DNA from: Gammaproteobacteria bacterium
Lineage (GTDB): Bacteria > Pseudomonadota > Gammaproteobacteria > UBA6429 > Thiohalophilaceae
Assembly: GCA_022712915.1 (NCBI GenBank)
Contig: JAFLJQ010000020.1
Span: 17,025 to 41,024 of the forward strand
Direction: 5' to 3'
DNA length: 24,000 nt
In this document: positions 16,956-24,000 of the stretch, piece after piece
How positions within the stretch are numbered: position 1 is the first letter of the stretch
Layout of the letters: every line of letters starts with the position of its first letter
The notes under the pieces: generated by a model
Database searches by the model: none
Told to the model about the DNA's origin: nothing
Seen by the model: only the letters and a program-made list of their open reading frames with translations
Made by a program: the position numbers and the translations under genes

Positions 16956-17693
16956 ATGAATAATGCAATCAGTTTCGATGATATCCTCAAGGAGATGCAA
17001 CGATCTGATAACAAGGAACAGATTGAATATTACTGTAGAGCCTTTTGTCAGCAGGTCGATTTTAAACACTACCTATTGTTTGGTTCAATCTTTACCAGCC
17101 TACTTTCACCGCCAGGTTATGCCATAGGCAGTCCTGACAAAACCATCAAAGATAAAAAACAGCAACTGGAAACCATTGCCCTGGCATGTATGCATTCATT
17201 CACGCCGATCATCACGGGCAACATAGATAAACATTCTATCCTGAACAACTCACTGTTCAAGACCTGCTTAGTGCCTTCGGCAAAACAAATAAGCATCAGC
17301 TTTCCAGTACACTTCCCCGTAGGTAAACTTGCTTTTTTGCATATTTCCACACCCATAAAAAAACAGGATGTGGAGGCAAAAGTCCTATCAAGTCTGGCAT
17401 CTGGCAACCTGTTTGCAAAGACAGCAAGTACCTCTCTCCTGCACCTGCTTGAATGCGAACTTGAAACTAAGCCCCCCTATTTAAGCCCTCGTGAAAAAGA
17501 GTGCCTGTTGCTGGCATCTGATGGCACAGCACCACAGCAAATAGCCGACCAAATTGGCCTTTCGCCCCATACAGTTACTTTCCATCTGAAAAAGGCCCGA
17601 GAAAAATTAAAGAGCAAAAATATTCAGGGGGCTATCAGCAAGGCGATGCTAAGAGGTGATATTTCTGCCCAGACAGGTTCAGGGAAAGGCTGA
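16956..17693 (+). CDS. LuxR-family regulator paralogue with a degenerate ligand-binding domain
   Basis: The C-terminal HTH LSPREKECLLLASDGTAPQQIADQIGLSPHTVTFHLKKAREKLKSKNIQGAISKAMLRG parallels LuxR1. The N-terminal domain keeps paralogue-like blocks (YYCRAFCQQVDFKHYLLFGS, ISFPVHFPVGKLAFLHIS) but lacks the W/Y/DP/W pocket residues. The track start at 16941 is TTG, so the ATG at 16956 is used. Confidence 0.8.
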   Translation: MNNAISFDDILKEMQRSDNKEQIEYYCRAFCQQVDFKHYLLFGSIFTSLLSPPGYAIGSPDKTIKDKKQQLETIALACMHSFTPIITGNIDKHSILNNSLFKTCLVPSAKQISISFPVHFPVGKLAFLHISTPIKKQDVEAKVLSSLASGNLFAKTASTSLLHLLECELETKPPYLSPREKECLLLASDGTAPQQIADQIGLSPHTVTFHLKKAREKLKSKNIQGAISKAMLRGDISAQTGSGKG

Positions 17694-18170
17694 TTGTTCA
17701 CCGAATCTGACTTGTTCTAACCTGTGCATAAATTTTTTAACTGCAACAGAATTCTCTTCTGGAGCCCAGGCAGCAAAGTTGTCATCTGACAAAGGAGAAT
17801 ATGGACCTTGTTTAATTTCAATAAACACTGAGTTCTCATCAAGCGCCATGATTGTATGCCAAATGCCAGGGGTGATTTCAGTACCCAATATTTCACCATC
17901 AGGGGAAAATTCAATACATTCTGTCACGACACCTTCATCATCAAAAATAAAAACAGCAAAACTCCCCCGCACGGCCATAAGCAATTCTGTTTGCTCCTTT
18001 CCTGGATGTCGGTGTGGCCGAACATAACTATCCTTCTGCATGGCAATAAAGAGTTTTTGTAACGGATCATCTAACGAATGATGCAAGTTCAAGTTCGTAC
18101 GACGACGAGGCCGGCTCGCTGCCTCATGACTTAATGTATCCAGCATGTTTTGGTCAAATAATTTTATCAT
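17679..18170 (-). CDS. WbuC-family cupin-fold metalloprotein
   Basis: R.RRRTNLNLH....DPLQ.LFIA....SYVRPHRH......E.......G.F....FD..G.V......SP.....G.EI..G.WH......ENSV..E.K.GPY.......FA.WAPEE matches the WbuC pattern. The track start at 18185 is TTG, so the ATG at 18170 is preferred. Confidence 0.75.
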   Translation of the reverse strand: MIKLFDQNMLDTLSHEAASRPRRRTNLNLHHSLDDPLQKLFIAMQKDSYVRPHRHPGKEQTELLMAVRGSFAVFIFDDEGVVTECIEFSPDGEILGTEITPGIWHTIMALDENSVFIEIKQGPYSPLSDDNFAAWAPEENSVAVKKFMHRLEQVRFGEQSAFP

Positions 18171-18181
18171 CGCATCGCTTC

Positions 18182-20158
18182 TCAAATAACGCGATCATTG
18201 CCACCATCCACCGGTAACTGTGCACCGGTCGTTTTAGAAAACAAGGGGCCACACATCTCCGCCGCCAATTCCGCCACATCATGACTACTGACTTCCGTCT
18301 TAAGGATGTTCTTACGTTTATATTCATCTACCGTCAGGCCATAAGATTCTGCTCTCGCATTAAGAACCTCATCTGTCCAGATCGCGGTATCAAACACGGC
18401 ATCCGGATGCAGAGTGTTAATACGAATATTGTCCGCCCCCCATTCCAATGCAGCAATCCGCGCCAGCTGAGTAATACCCGCCTTGGAAACAGAATAGGCT
18501 GCCGCACCAGGGCCCGGTGCCGGTACATTTTTCGATCCCATCATCACCACCCTGCCACCTTTTGGAGCCAGTTTTAAAAGAGGATAGGCTTCACGCATGA
18601 TCATCAGGTTGGCATCAAGATTGATTTGCATCACTTCTCGCCAAAACTCATTGCTCAACTCACTTATATTCCGGCTCTTGGGAAAAATACCGGCATTCAA
18701 CACCAGCATATCCAGGCCACCAAATCGTCGGATCCCTTTGTCCAGAGCCTGCACAATATGCTGCTGGATACTGACATCACAAGTCAGACCTAGATAATCC
18801 GCGCGTTGAAATAGGCTCTCCACCTTATTATCAATATCAAGACCGACCACTGCTGCACCACGTGCCAATAAAGATTCAACACAGGCCAGACCAATACCGG
18901 ATGCCGCACCAGTTACCATCGCAACCTCACCTGAAAAAACAGGCCCAGCACCACTTTTCTTTAACTTAGCCTGCTCCAGTTCCCAGTACTCCACATCAAA
19001 AATATCGCTTGCTGGTAAAGCCTTGTACTCACTCAAAGCGGTGGCACGCAAAATGATATCAACAGTATGGTCATAAATATCCGCAACAATCGCCGCATCC
19101 TTTGCCGTGGCCCCAACAGCGCCTATCCCAAACTCATGATCGATAATGACCCTTGGCGTAGGGTCAAGCATGGCAACAGCCTGCTTACGGCCTGTAGCAT
19201 GCTTTTTAAAATATTGTTTATAATCTTCAATATAATTATCCACATCACGGCCCAACATAGGCAAACGCTTGGTGCGAATAACATGGTCAGGGGTCGCCGG
19301 GCCTTGTTGTGATATATCACCTATATTTTCGCGATGAATATAATCAAGATATTTAATACCCGCGTTAAAATGAACAATCATCGGTTTTTCGGCCCGATCT
19401 GAAATATCTTTACGTAAACGGGCAATTTCCAAATGCTTTGACACATGCTCATCAACTTCATGATTGACTTGCAACAGGTTCCAGGCCTTTTGCTGCTTAA
19501 TATAATCTTCAGCCATATCAACCAGGCTAATCATTCTTTCATACGATTCTTTAGCCGTCCCAGCAAAAGAAAAAATACCATGATTCATTAACACCATACC
19601 GAGAGTTTTATCGGTCACTTGTTTACGAAATTCATCGGCACACAACCTGGACAGGTCAAAACCCGGCATGCAATAGGGCAGAATCACCACCTTATCACCA
19701 TAGATGTCCTTTATTCTCTGCAGCCCATCATTAGAATTAGTGATGGTCACCACGGCATCCGCATGGGTATGATCTACGTATTTATAAGGCAGTATCGCAT
19801 GCAGAATAGCCTCGACCGATGGGGTCGGGGCCGAGGCCTGTACCATGTGTGTCTTTAACTCATTCACCATCTGCGAATCACTCAAGACCTTAAGTTCGGC
19901 CAGTTTGAGTAAGTGTTCCATGCGCACAGGCGAAAAACCGGGTCGCTCAATAAACTCCAGATCCCAGCCACTGCCCTTAACATACAAAATACTCTCATCT
20001 TCACCGAGAATATTCTTTTCATTAATCTTGACTGAGGTATTACCACCACCGTGCAACACAAGCGTTTTATCCTGCCCCAATAAACGTGAACTGTAGACTC
20101 TTAGATCCAGTTCATTTTCACATTGTTCTGCTTCTTTCTGATTCCACAGGCTTTTCAT
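18182..20158 (-). CDS. bifunctional class II aldolase / short-chain dehydrogenase (rhamnulose-1-phosphate aldolase/SDR-like fusion)
   Basis: 658 aa. The N-terminal half is aldolase/adducin-like (LVLHGGGNTSVK, VDHTHADAV). The C-terminal half is a classical SDR: TGAASGIGLA Rossmann motif, NAG, and YSVSKAG (Y-x3-K). Confidence 0.85.
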   Translation of the reverse strand: MKSLWNQKEAEQCENELDLRVYSSRLLGQDKTLVLHGGGNTSVKINEKNILGEDESILYVKGSGWDLEFIERPGFSPVRMEHLLKLAELKVLSDSQMVNELKTHMVQASAPTPSVEAILHAILPYKYVDHTHADAVVTITNSNDGLQRIKDIYGDKVVILPYCMPGFDLSRLCADEFRKQVTDKTLGMVLMNHGIFSFAGTAKESYERMISLVDMAEDYIKQQKAWNLLQVNHEVDEHVSKHLEIARLRKDISDRAEKPMIVHFNAGIKYLDYIHRENIGDISQQGPATPDHVIRTKRLPMLGRDVDNYIEDYKQYFKKHATGRKQAVAMLDPTPRVIIDHEFGIGAVGATAKDAAIVADIYDHTVDIILRATALSEYKALPASDIFDVEYWELEQAKLKKSGAGPVFSGEVAMVTGAASGIGLACVESLLARGAAVVGLDIDNKVESLFQRADYLGLTCDVSIQQHIVQALDKGIRRFGGLDMLVLNAGIFPKSRNISELSNEFWREVMQINLDANLMIMREAYPLLKLAPKGGRVVMMGSKNVPAPGPGAAAYSVSKAGITQLARIAALEWGADNIRINTLHPDAVFDTAIWTDEVLNARAESYGLTVDEYKRKNILKTEVSSHDVAELAAEMCGPLFSKTTGAQLPVDGGNDRVI

Positions 20159-20616
20159 ATTTGATCCAAAATGGTTAAATTCGTATTTTTATTGTTCATC
20201 TTCAGCGCATTGAACAGTGATAATGGCTCAAGTCGCAAACTTGTATAAAAAAAATGGCTAGAACACGGACAGTCTGATGCGCCAAATCCGGGGAAGGGTA
20301 CCGGCATGTGCATATCGTCGTGCAAGATGCTGGCCCACTCATGTTCATAACGCAACGCATCAATACTATAGCAAACTTCCCTTAAACATAGTGATGGCCG
20401 GAGATAATCCAGATGCCAATGTGGTTTTGTACTGATAGCATGATGATGACGCACTCTGGCCCGTACCCCACCCGGGCCAAAGGCACTGCCAATATAATAG
20501 TAATAACCCGTATCAAGTTCCAAAGAACCCAGGCGACCCACACTCACAGATGATGACTGTGCTGAATAAAAAATCAGCAAATAAGTGCCAGGACGGTTAG
20601 ATATATTATCAAGCAT
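20155..20616 (-). CDS. GIY-YIG nuclease-superfamily protein (DUF123/Uri-like)
   Basis: GTY (res 10-12), YYIGSA (res 40-45), RARVRHH, HWHLDYL and YEHEW follow the DUF123 GIY-YIG pattern. Its stop overlaps the ATG of the aldolase/SDR gene (ATGA at 20155-20158). Confidence 0.7.
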   Translation of the reverse strand: MLDNISNRPGTYLLIFYSAQSSSVSVGRLGSLELDTGYYYYIGSAFGPGGVRARVRHHHAISTKPHWHLDYLRPSLCLREVCYSIDALRYEHEWASILHDDMHMPVPFPGFGASDCPCSSHFFYTSLRLEPLSLFNALKMNNKNTNLTILDQI

Positions 20617-20657
20617 AACGAAAGTATAAAGAAAAAAGTAACGCTGGGGATATAAGC

Positions 20658-21392
20658 TTAATCGACAAACGAGCCATGTTGCCGAATGGGCTCACCATGT
20701 GCCTGGCCAAAACACAGCATGAAACGCGTATTCTGAATGGCTTTAAAGTCCAGAAGGCCCTCTGCTTCACCGAAGTAGGCCTGTCCCATCTTAAGTTCAT
20801 GACCATTGAGTTCAAGCGCACCATCAACAATATAAACCAGACCACGATAACCGCTAACCACCGGTTCACTCAAGCGGGCCTTTGCGCTTAACTCAATATC
20901 CTGATACGTCACAGGCGTAAGTAATTTAAGCGGTGAGCCCTCCCCCACAATGATGCGTTTTTTTCCTCCGGGAAAAATCTGTTGTGGCATGGCCTCGGCA
21001 TTCACCTGTTGATAAGCAGGCTCAACCGTCTTAAGCCGCTGCGGCAGATTGATCCATAACTGAATACCCGTAGTATGCTCCGCTTGCCCCGGCATTTCAG
21101 AATGCACCAGTCCCCGTCCGGCGGTAAAGCGTTGCGCCTCACCAGCCAACACCGTAGAACAATTACCCAGATTATCGGTATGTTGCATCGAACCATTAAA
21201 GAGATAAGTTATCGCCTCAAACCCCCGGTGAGGATGATCAGGAAAACCGCTACCAGGAACAATATTAAAATGATCCCATAAGACAAAGGGATCGTAATTC
21301 ATAAAACCAGGGATCGGCATCAAACGCTTAACATCAACTCCCTCCCCTTCCATGGTCTCCTGAGCCTGTCTGATTTCAGTCTGATGTAACAT
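20658..21392 (-). CDS. pirin-family protein (YhhW-like, quercetinase-type cupin)
   Basis: The pirin N-terminal signature is clear: FPDHPHRGFEAITYLF.GS..H.D..GN......G..Q..TAG.G..HSE.P and G.QLWINLP. Size is 244 aa. Confidence 0.9.
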   Translation of the reverse strand: MLHQTEIRQAQETMEGEGVDVKRLMPIPGFMNYDPFVLWDHFNIVPGSGFPDHPHRGFEAITYLFNGSMQHTDNLGNCSTVLAGEAQRFTAGRGLVHSEMPGQAEHTTGIQLWINLPQRLKTVEPAYQQVNAEAMPQQIFPGGKKRIIVGEGSPLKLLTPVTYQDIELSAKARLSEPVVSGYRGLVYIVDGALELNGHELKMGQAYFGEAEGLLDFKAIQNTRFMLCFGQAHGEPIRQHGSFVD

Positions 21393-21394
21393 GC

Positions 21395-22384
21395 TTAATG
21401 TGTTAATTCAAACCGTTCGCGATCATGAGGTAAGTCATAATCAATGAGCGGCCCCTTTGGCACGATCCGGGTCGGATTGATCGTTGAATGGCTCCAGTAA
21501 TAATGACGTTTAATATGCGCCATATTGAGGGTTTCGGCGATACCAGGATGTTGATACAAATCACGCAGGTAGTTCGACAAATGAGGATAATCCGCGATGC
21601 GACGCAAATTACATTTAAAATGTCCAACATAAACCGGATCAAAACGTACCAGGGTGGTAAACAACCGCCAGTCGGCCTCCGTCAAGATTGAGCCAACAAG
21701 ATAGCGTTGATTTGATAATCGTAACTCAATCTCATCCAGTGCCAAAAACAGTTTTATAAAGGCTACATCATAAGCGGCTTGAGTCGTGGCAAAACCGGTG
21801 CGGTAAACGCCGTTATTGATCGCATGATAAATAAATTCATTGATCTCATCGATGTCATGATGTAACGCCTGCGGATAATAATCGGTCTTGTCATCCGTCA
21901 GAACATTAAACGCACTGTTGAACATACGAATAATTTCAGATGATTCATTATTCACAATGGTCTTCTGTTTTGTGTCATACAACACGGGCACCGTCACAAC
22001 CCCAGTGTAATCCGGTTGAACCTGTTGATAGACACGATACATATAATCAAAATCATGAATATGATCTACGGTGGCCCCTTCAACACCACCAAACCCCCAA
22101 CCTTCCGGCCCCATATCAGGGCTGACCACCGAGATACTAATAATATCTTCCAATTTTTTTAGTTTTCGAAAGATCAGGCTGCGATGAGCCCAAGGGCAGG
22201 CATGAGATATGTACAAGTGATAACGACCCGCCTCAGCTTTAAAACCACCCTCACCATCCGGGCCTGGCTGACCATCGACGGTTACCCAGTGACGAAACTG
22301 GGAATCCTGGCGAATAAACTCACCCTCTTTCGACGAAGAGGGTTTCCAATCCAGTTTCAGTTCACCCTTTAACAATATACTCAT
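21395..22384 (-). CDS. yqjG: glutathionyl-hydroquinone reductase (Xi-class GST, YqjG/ECM4 family)
   Basis: GRYHLYISHACPWAHRSLIFRKLK contains the CPWAHR active-site motif. The length and the C-terminal HIK.HYY.SH..INP..IVP.GP block match YqjG. The start is taken at MSILLKGEL (ATG 22384). Confidence 0.9.
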   Translation of the reverse strand: MSILLKGELKLDWKPSSSKEGEFIRQDSQFRHWVTVDGQPGPDGEGGFKAEAGRYHLYISHACPWAHRSLIFRKLKKLEDIISISVVSPDMGPEGWGFGGVEGATVDHIHDFDYMYRVYQQVQPDYTGVVTVPVLYDTKQKTIVNNESSEIIRMFNSAFNVLTDDKTDYYPQALHHDIDEINEFIYHAINNGVYRTGFATTQAAYDVAFIKLFLALDEIELRLSNQRYLVGSILTEADWRLFTTLVRFDPVYVGHFKCNLRRIADYPHLSNYLRDLYQHPGIAETLNMAHIKRHYYWSHSTINPTRIVPKGPLIDYDLPHDRERFELTH

Positions 22385-22742
22385 CAGTATTATCACCCTC
22401 AATAATGTAAAAAAAGTTAAGTGGAAAAATCGGCTACACAACCAATCCCCTCACTCAAAACATAATCTTAGCCTGATCCCAGTCGTGATCTGGTCATCAC
22501 AAGCCTCATAACACAACACCTTCTGGCCAATATTGTTAACCGCAGCTCATTCCAGCTCAGGTAAGGCCCATAAGCTGTAAAACTCTCCGACATTAACTCA
22601 ATAGCATTTTGTCGGAAAATATTACACATAACCCGCCAACAAACAATATGCAGTCTATAACAACCTGAAATAACTACATTTTTTATAATGGCATAAACCA
22701 TGCACTAATTTATTAACAAACCGCAAAGATGGACATACGGAG

Positions 22743-23042
22743 ATGAAGAAAATGAAACTAATTAACATACCCAGTTTGATTCTCACAGGCATGCTTAGCG
22801 CAACCTCGGCCCTGGCCAGTATCAATACAGGCACCACCAACAGCAACAACATCCTCAGCAACGAAAAAAAATGTGCAACCGCCATCAACAGCTACCTCCG
22901 CTATCGCTATGAAACAACCATGGTCAATGCCTACAAAATTCAGACACTTGAAGAGCAGGTTGACAACAAATGTGTCGGCTACCAGATCAAACTGGTGGAT
23001 AATAACGGTGTGATGACAGGCATAGTCGAAATAGCTGACTAG
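22743..23042 (+). CDS. small secreted hypothetical protein (two Cys)
   Basis: N-terminal signal peptide (MK)KMKLINIPSLILTGMLSATSALA with an ALA cleavage motif. GGAG abuts ATG 22743 and lies 9 nt before ATG 22752, so 22752 may be the real start. No family is recognised. Confidence 0.5.
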   Translation: MKKMKLINIPSLILTGMLSATSALASINTGTTNSNNILSNEKKCATAINSYLRYRYETTMVNAYKIQTLEEQVDNKCVGYQIKLVDNNGVMTGIVEIAD

Positions 23043-23380
23043 ACGACTGATTCATAGGCCGTGAAATATGGCCCGCAGAATCAATTCATTTGCCCACCAG
23101 AAAAAAGCCAACGCCGTACCGAACCGAAGCTAATCCCGGTACGAGCCACCTCTCAGCAAGAGGCATAAATAGTATTTAACCTGAACAGCGTATAAGAAAC
23201 ACACGTCATTCCGGCAGTTTTTCGGCCAAAGCCCATAGTCTGCGCAACTAAATCCTGGCTTAAAAACTACCAAAATGGTGAAATTTTAATTTTTTTCTCA
23301 TAATCATTTAATCTTTGCTTATGCGCAGCTCAGGTTATTTACAAAAACTTTAATTATCATCATTTTTATTTAAACTAAAC

Positions 23381-23841
23381 GGCTCTTCAGGAAAACCTGT
23401 GGGTAAATAATTGATGATCTAATAAGAATTGATTCACATTGAGCTTCGAACCATGATGGTAGTTACCAGATCACTATCAAAAAAAGAAGCCCAATGCGAA
23501 TAAGAACATTACTTAACGATTGCCAGAAATTCAAGTCTTTTGTCTATAAAAGAGAATACATAGAAACAATTAGCGGTGAATTGGCGCTAATTGTCGAAAT
23601 AGCAGAACGAAAAAATAGCCGACCAATATGCAGTTGTTGCGAGAAGACCTCAAGCCAATATGACCGTGTATCGGAAGCAAGAGATGATCAATTTGTTCCA
23701 TTATGGTGTTATCAGGTTTACTTTCGTTATCGTCGCAGCCGAGTAAACTGTCCCACTTGTGGTATTAAAATTGAACGGGTGCCTTGGACAAAAGGTAAAC
23801 AAACGCTAACAGACGCATTTAAACTGCATTTGGCCCGATGG
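23381..23841 (+). mobile_element. 5' fragment of an ISL3-family insertion sequence (left inverted repeat plus truncated transposase)
   Basis: GGCTCTTCAGGAAAACC at 23381 matches the characteristic ISL3 terminal repeat start (GGCTCTTC...). It lies 113 nt upstream of an ISL3-type transposase N-terminus. Homology stops abruptly near 23841. Confidence 0.7.
23494..23841 (+). pseudogene. ISL3-family transposase, N-terminal about 116 aa only (zinc-finger region)
   Basis: C-x-x-C ... [19 protein letters not shown]....Q.T.AF...LARW is the ISL3 N-terminal zinc-finger/HTH pattern. After LARW the frame reads non-transposase sequence that is really the antisense of another gene. Confidence 0.75.
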
Positions 23842-23975
23842 CTCCAGAGTTTGGGGTTGCCGTCCCAGCCTTTGAGCGTTTTGCCGTCAAAGATGGGGAT
23901 GAAGCCGGAGTCGTCGGCGATGGCTGAGCTAAGGCAAAGGGTAAGAACAAGGAGCAGGGATGCGAGTGGTTTCAT
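23841..23975 (-). pseudogene. 5' fragment (about 45 codons) of a DUF1080-like (3-keto-disaccharide-hydrolase fold) secreted protein gene
   Basis: [45 protein letters not shown] is a signal peptide followed by the typical DUF1080 opening GF..LF.GK.L.GW.G....W. The frame then degenerates into the antisense of the transposase. Confidence 0.55.
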
Positions 23976-24000
23976 AAATTTAAGATTAAAAGAGAGGTGA

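Noticed and set aside
20609-20869. 86-aa ORF overlapping the pirin 3' end
   Set aside because: It is an alternative frame of a confidently assigned pirin gene with no supporting signals.
22543-22562. Direct repeat CAGCTCA-N3-CAGCTCA, and recurrence of CAGCTCAGGT at 23326-23335 flanking the small secreted ORF
   Set aside because: Exact repeats of 7-10 nt are expected by chance many times in 24 kb. There is no extended similarity around them.
22468-22888. Two 77-aa minus-strand ORFs in the yqjG / secreted-protein spacer
   Set aside because: They have no SD, are Cys/Arg/Leu-rich with hydrophobic junk-like composition, and one is antisense to the signal-peptide ORF.
1-24000. Search by eye for CRISPR arrays, tRNA/rRNA/tmRNA, retron-like or toxin-antitoxin pairs, integrases and att sites
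   Set aside because: I found no regularly spaced repeats, no GGTTCGAATCC-type T-loops with acceptor stems, no rRNA-like stretches, and no small adjacent gene pairs with TA-like features. A computational scan (tRNAscan-SE, Infernal/Rfam, CRISPR finders, DefenseFinder/PADLOC) would be needed to exclude them rigorously.

Overview
Chromosomal window with about 27 supportable genes. It looks like a moderate-GC gammaproteobacterium, but that is a guess from protein similarities only, since no rRNA or tRNA is present. The left two thirds is housekeeping: an AP-superfamily phosphodiesterase, an HPF/RaiA-like protein, a NUDIX hydrolase, an outer-membrane beta-barrel with omptin-like motifs, gloA, a MazG-like pyrophosphohydrolase, ilvD, slt, rsd/algQ, yegQ (trhP), and a glycerol/glycerophosphodiester module (FGGY kinase, GlpD-like dehydrogenase, GDPD). 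The right third looks accessory. It holds an AT-rich luxR-luxI-luxR2 acyl-homoserine-lactone quorum-sensing (QS) locus with a near-canonical lux box. That locus converges, with a 15-nt 3' overlap, on a tightly coupled five-gene operon: YqjG-type GSH-hydroquinone reductase, pirin, DUF123 GIY-YIG protein, aldolase/SDR fusion and WbuC cupin. Beyond it lie a small secreted protein and an ISL3 element cut off mid-transposase and fused to an inverted 5' fragment of a DUF1080-like gene. Four items are most worth follow-up: (1) the second LuxR paralogue keeps the HTH but has lost every AHL-pocket signature residue; (2) the QS-adjacent operon contains an unexplained GIY-YIG member; (3) an A9/T9 tract separates a textbook start codon and signal peptide from the body of the omptin-like gene, which could be phase variation or a homopolymer error; (4) the abrupt ISL3/DUF1080 breakpoint. 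I saw no CRISPR array, tRNA, rRNA, or recognisable phage-defence or toxin-antitoxin system by eye, and I cannot claim a wholly new system from sequence inspection alone.
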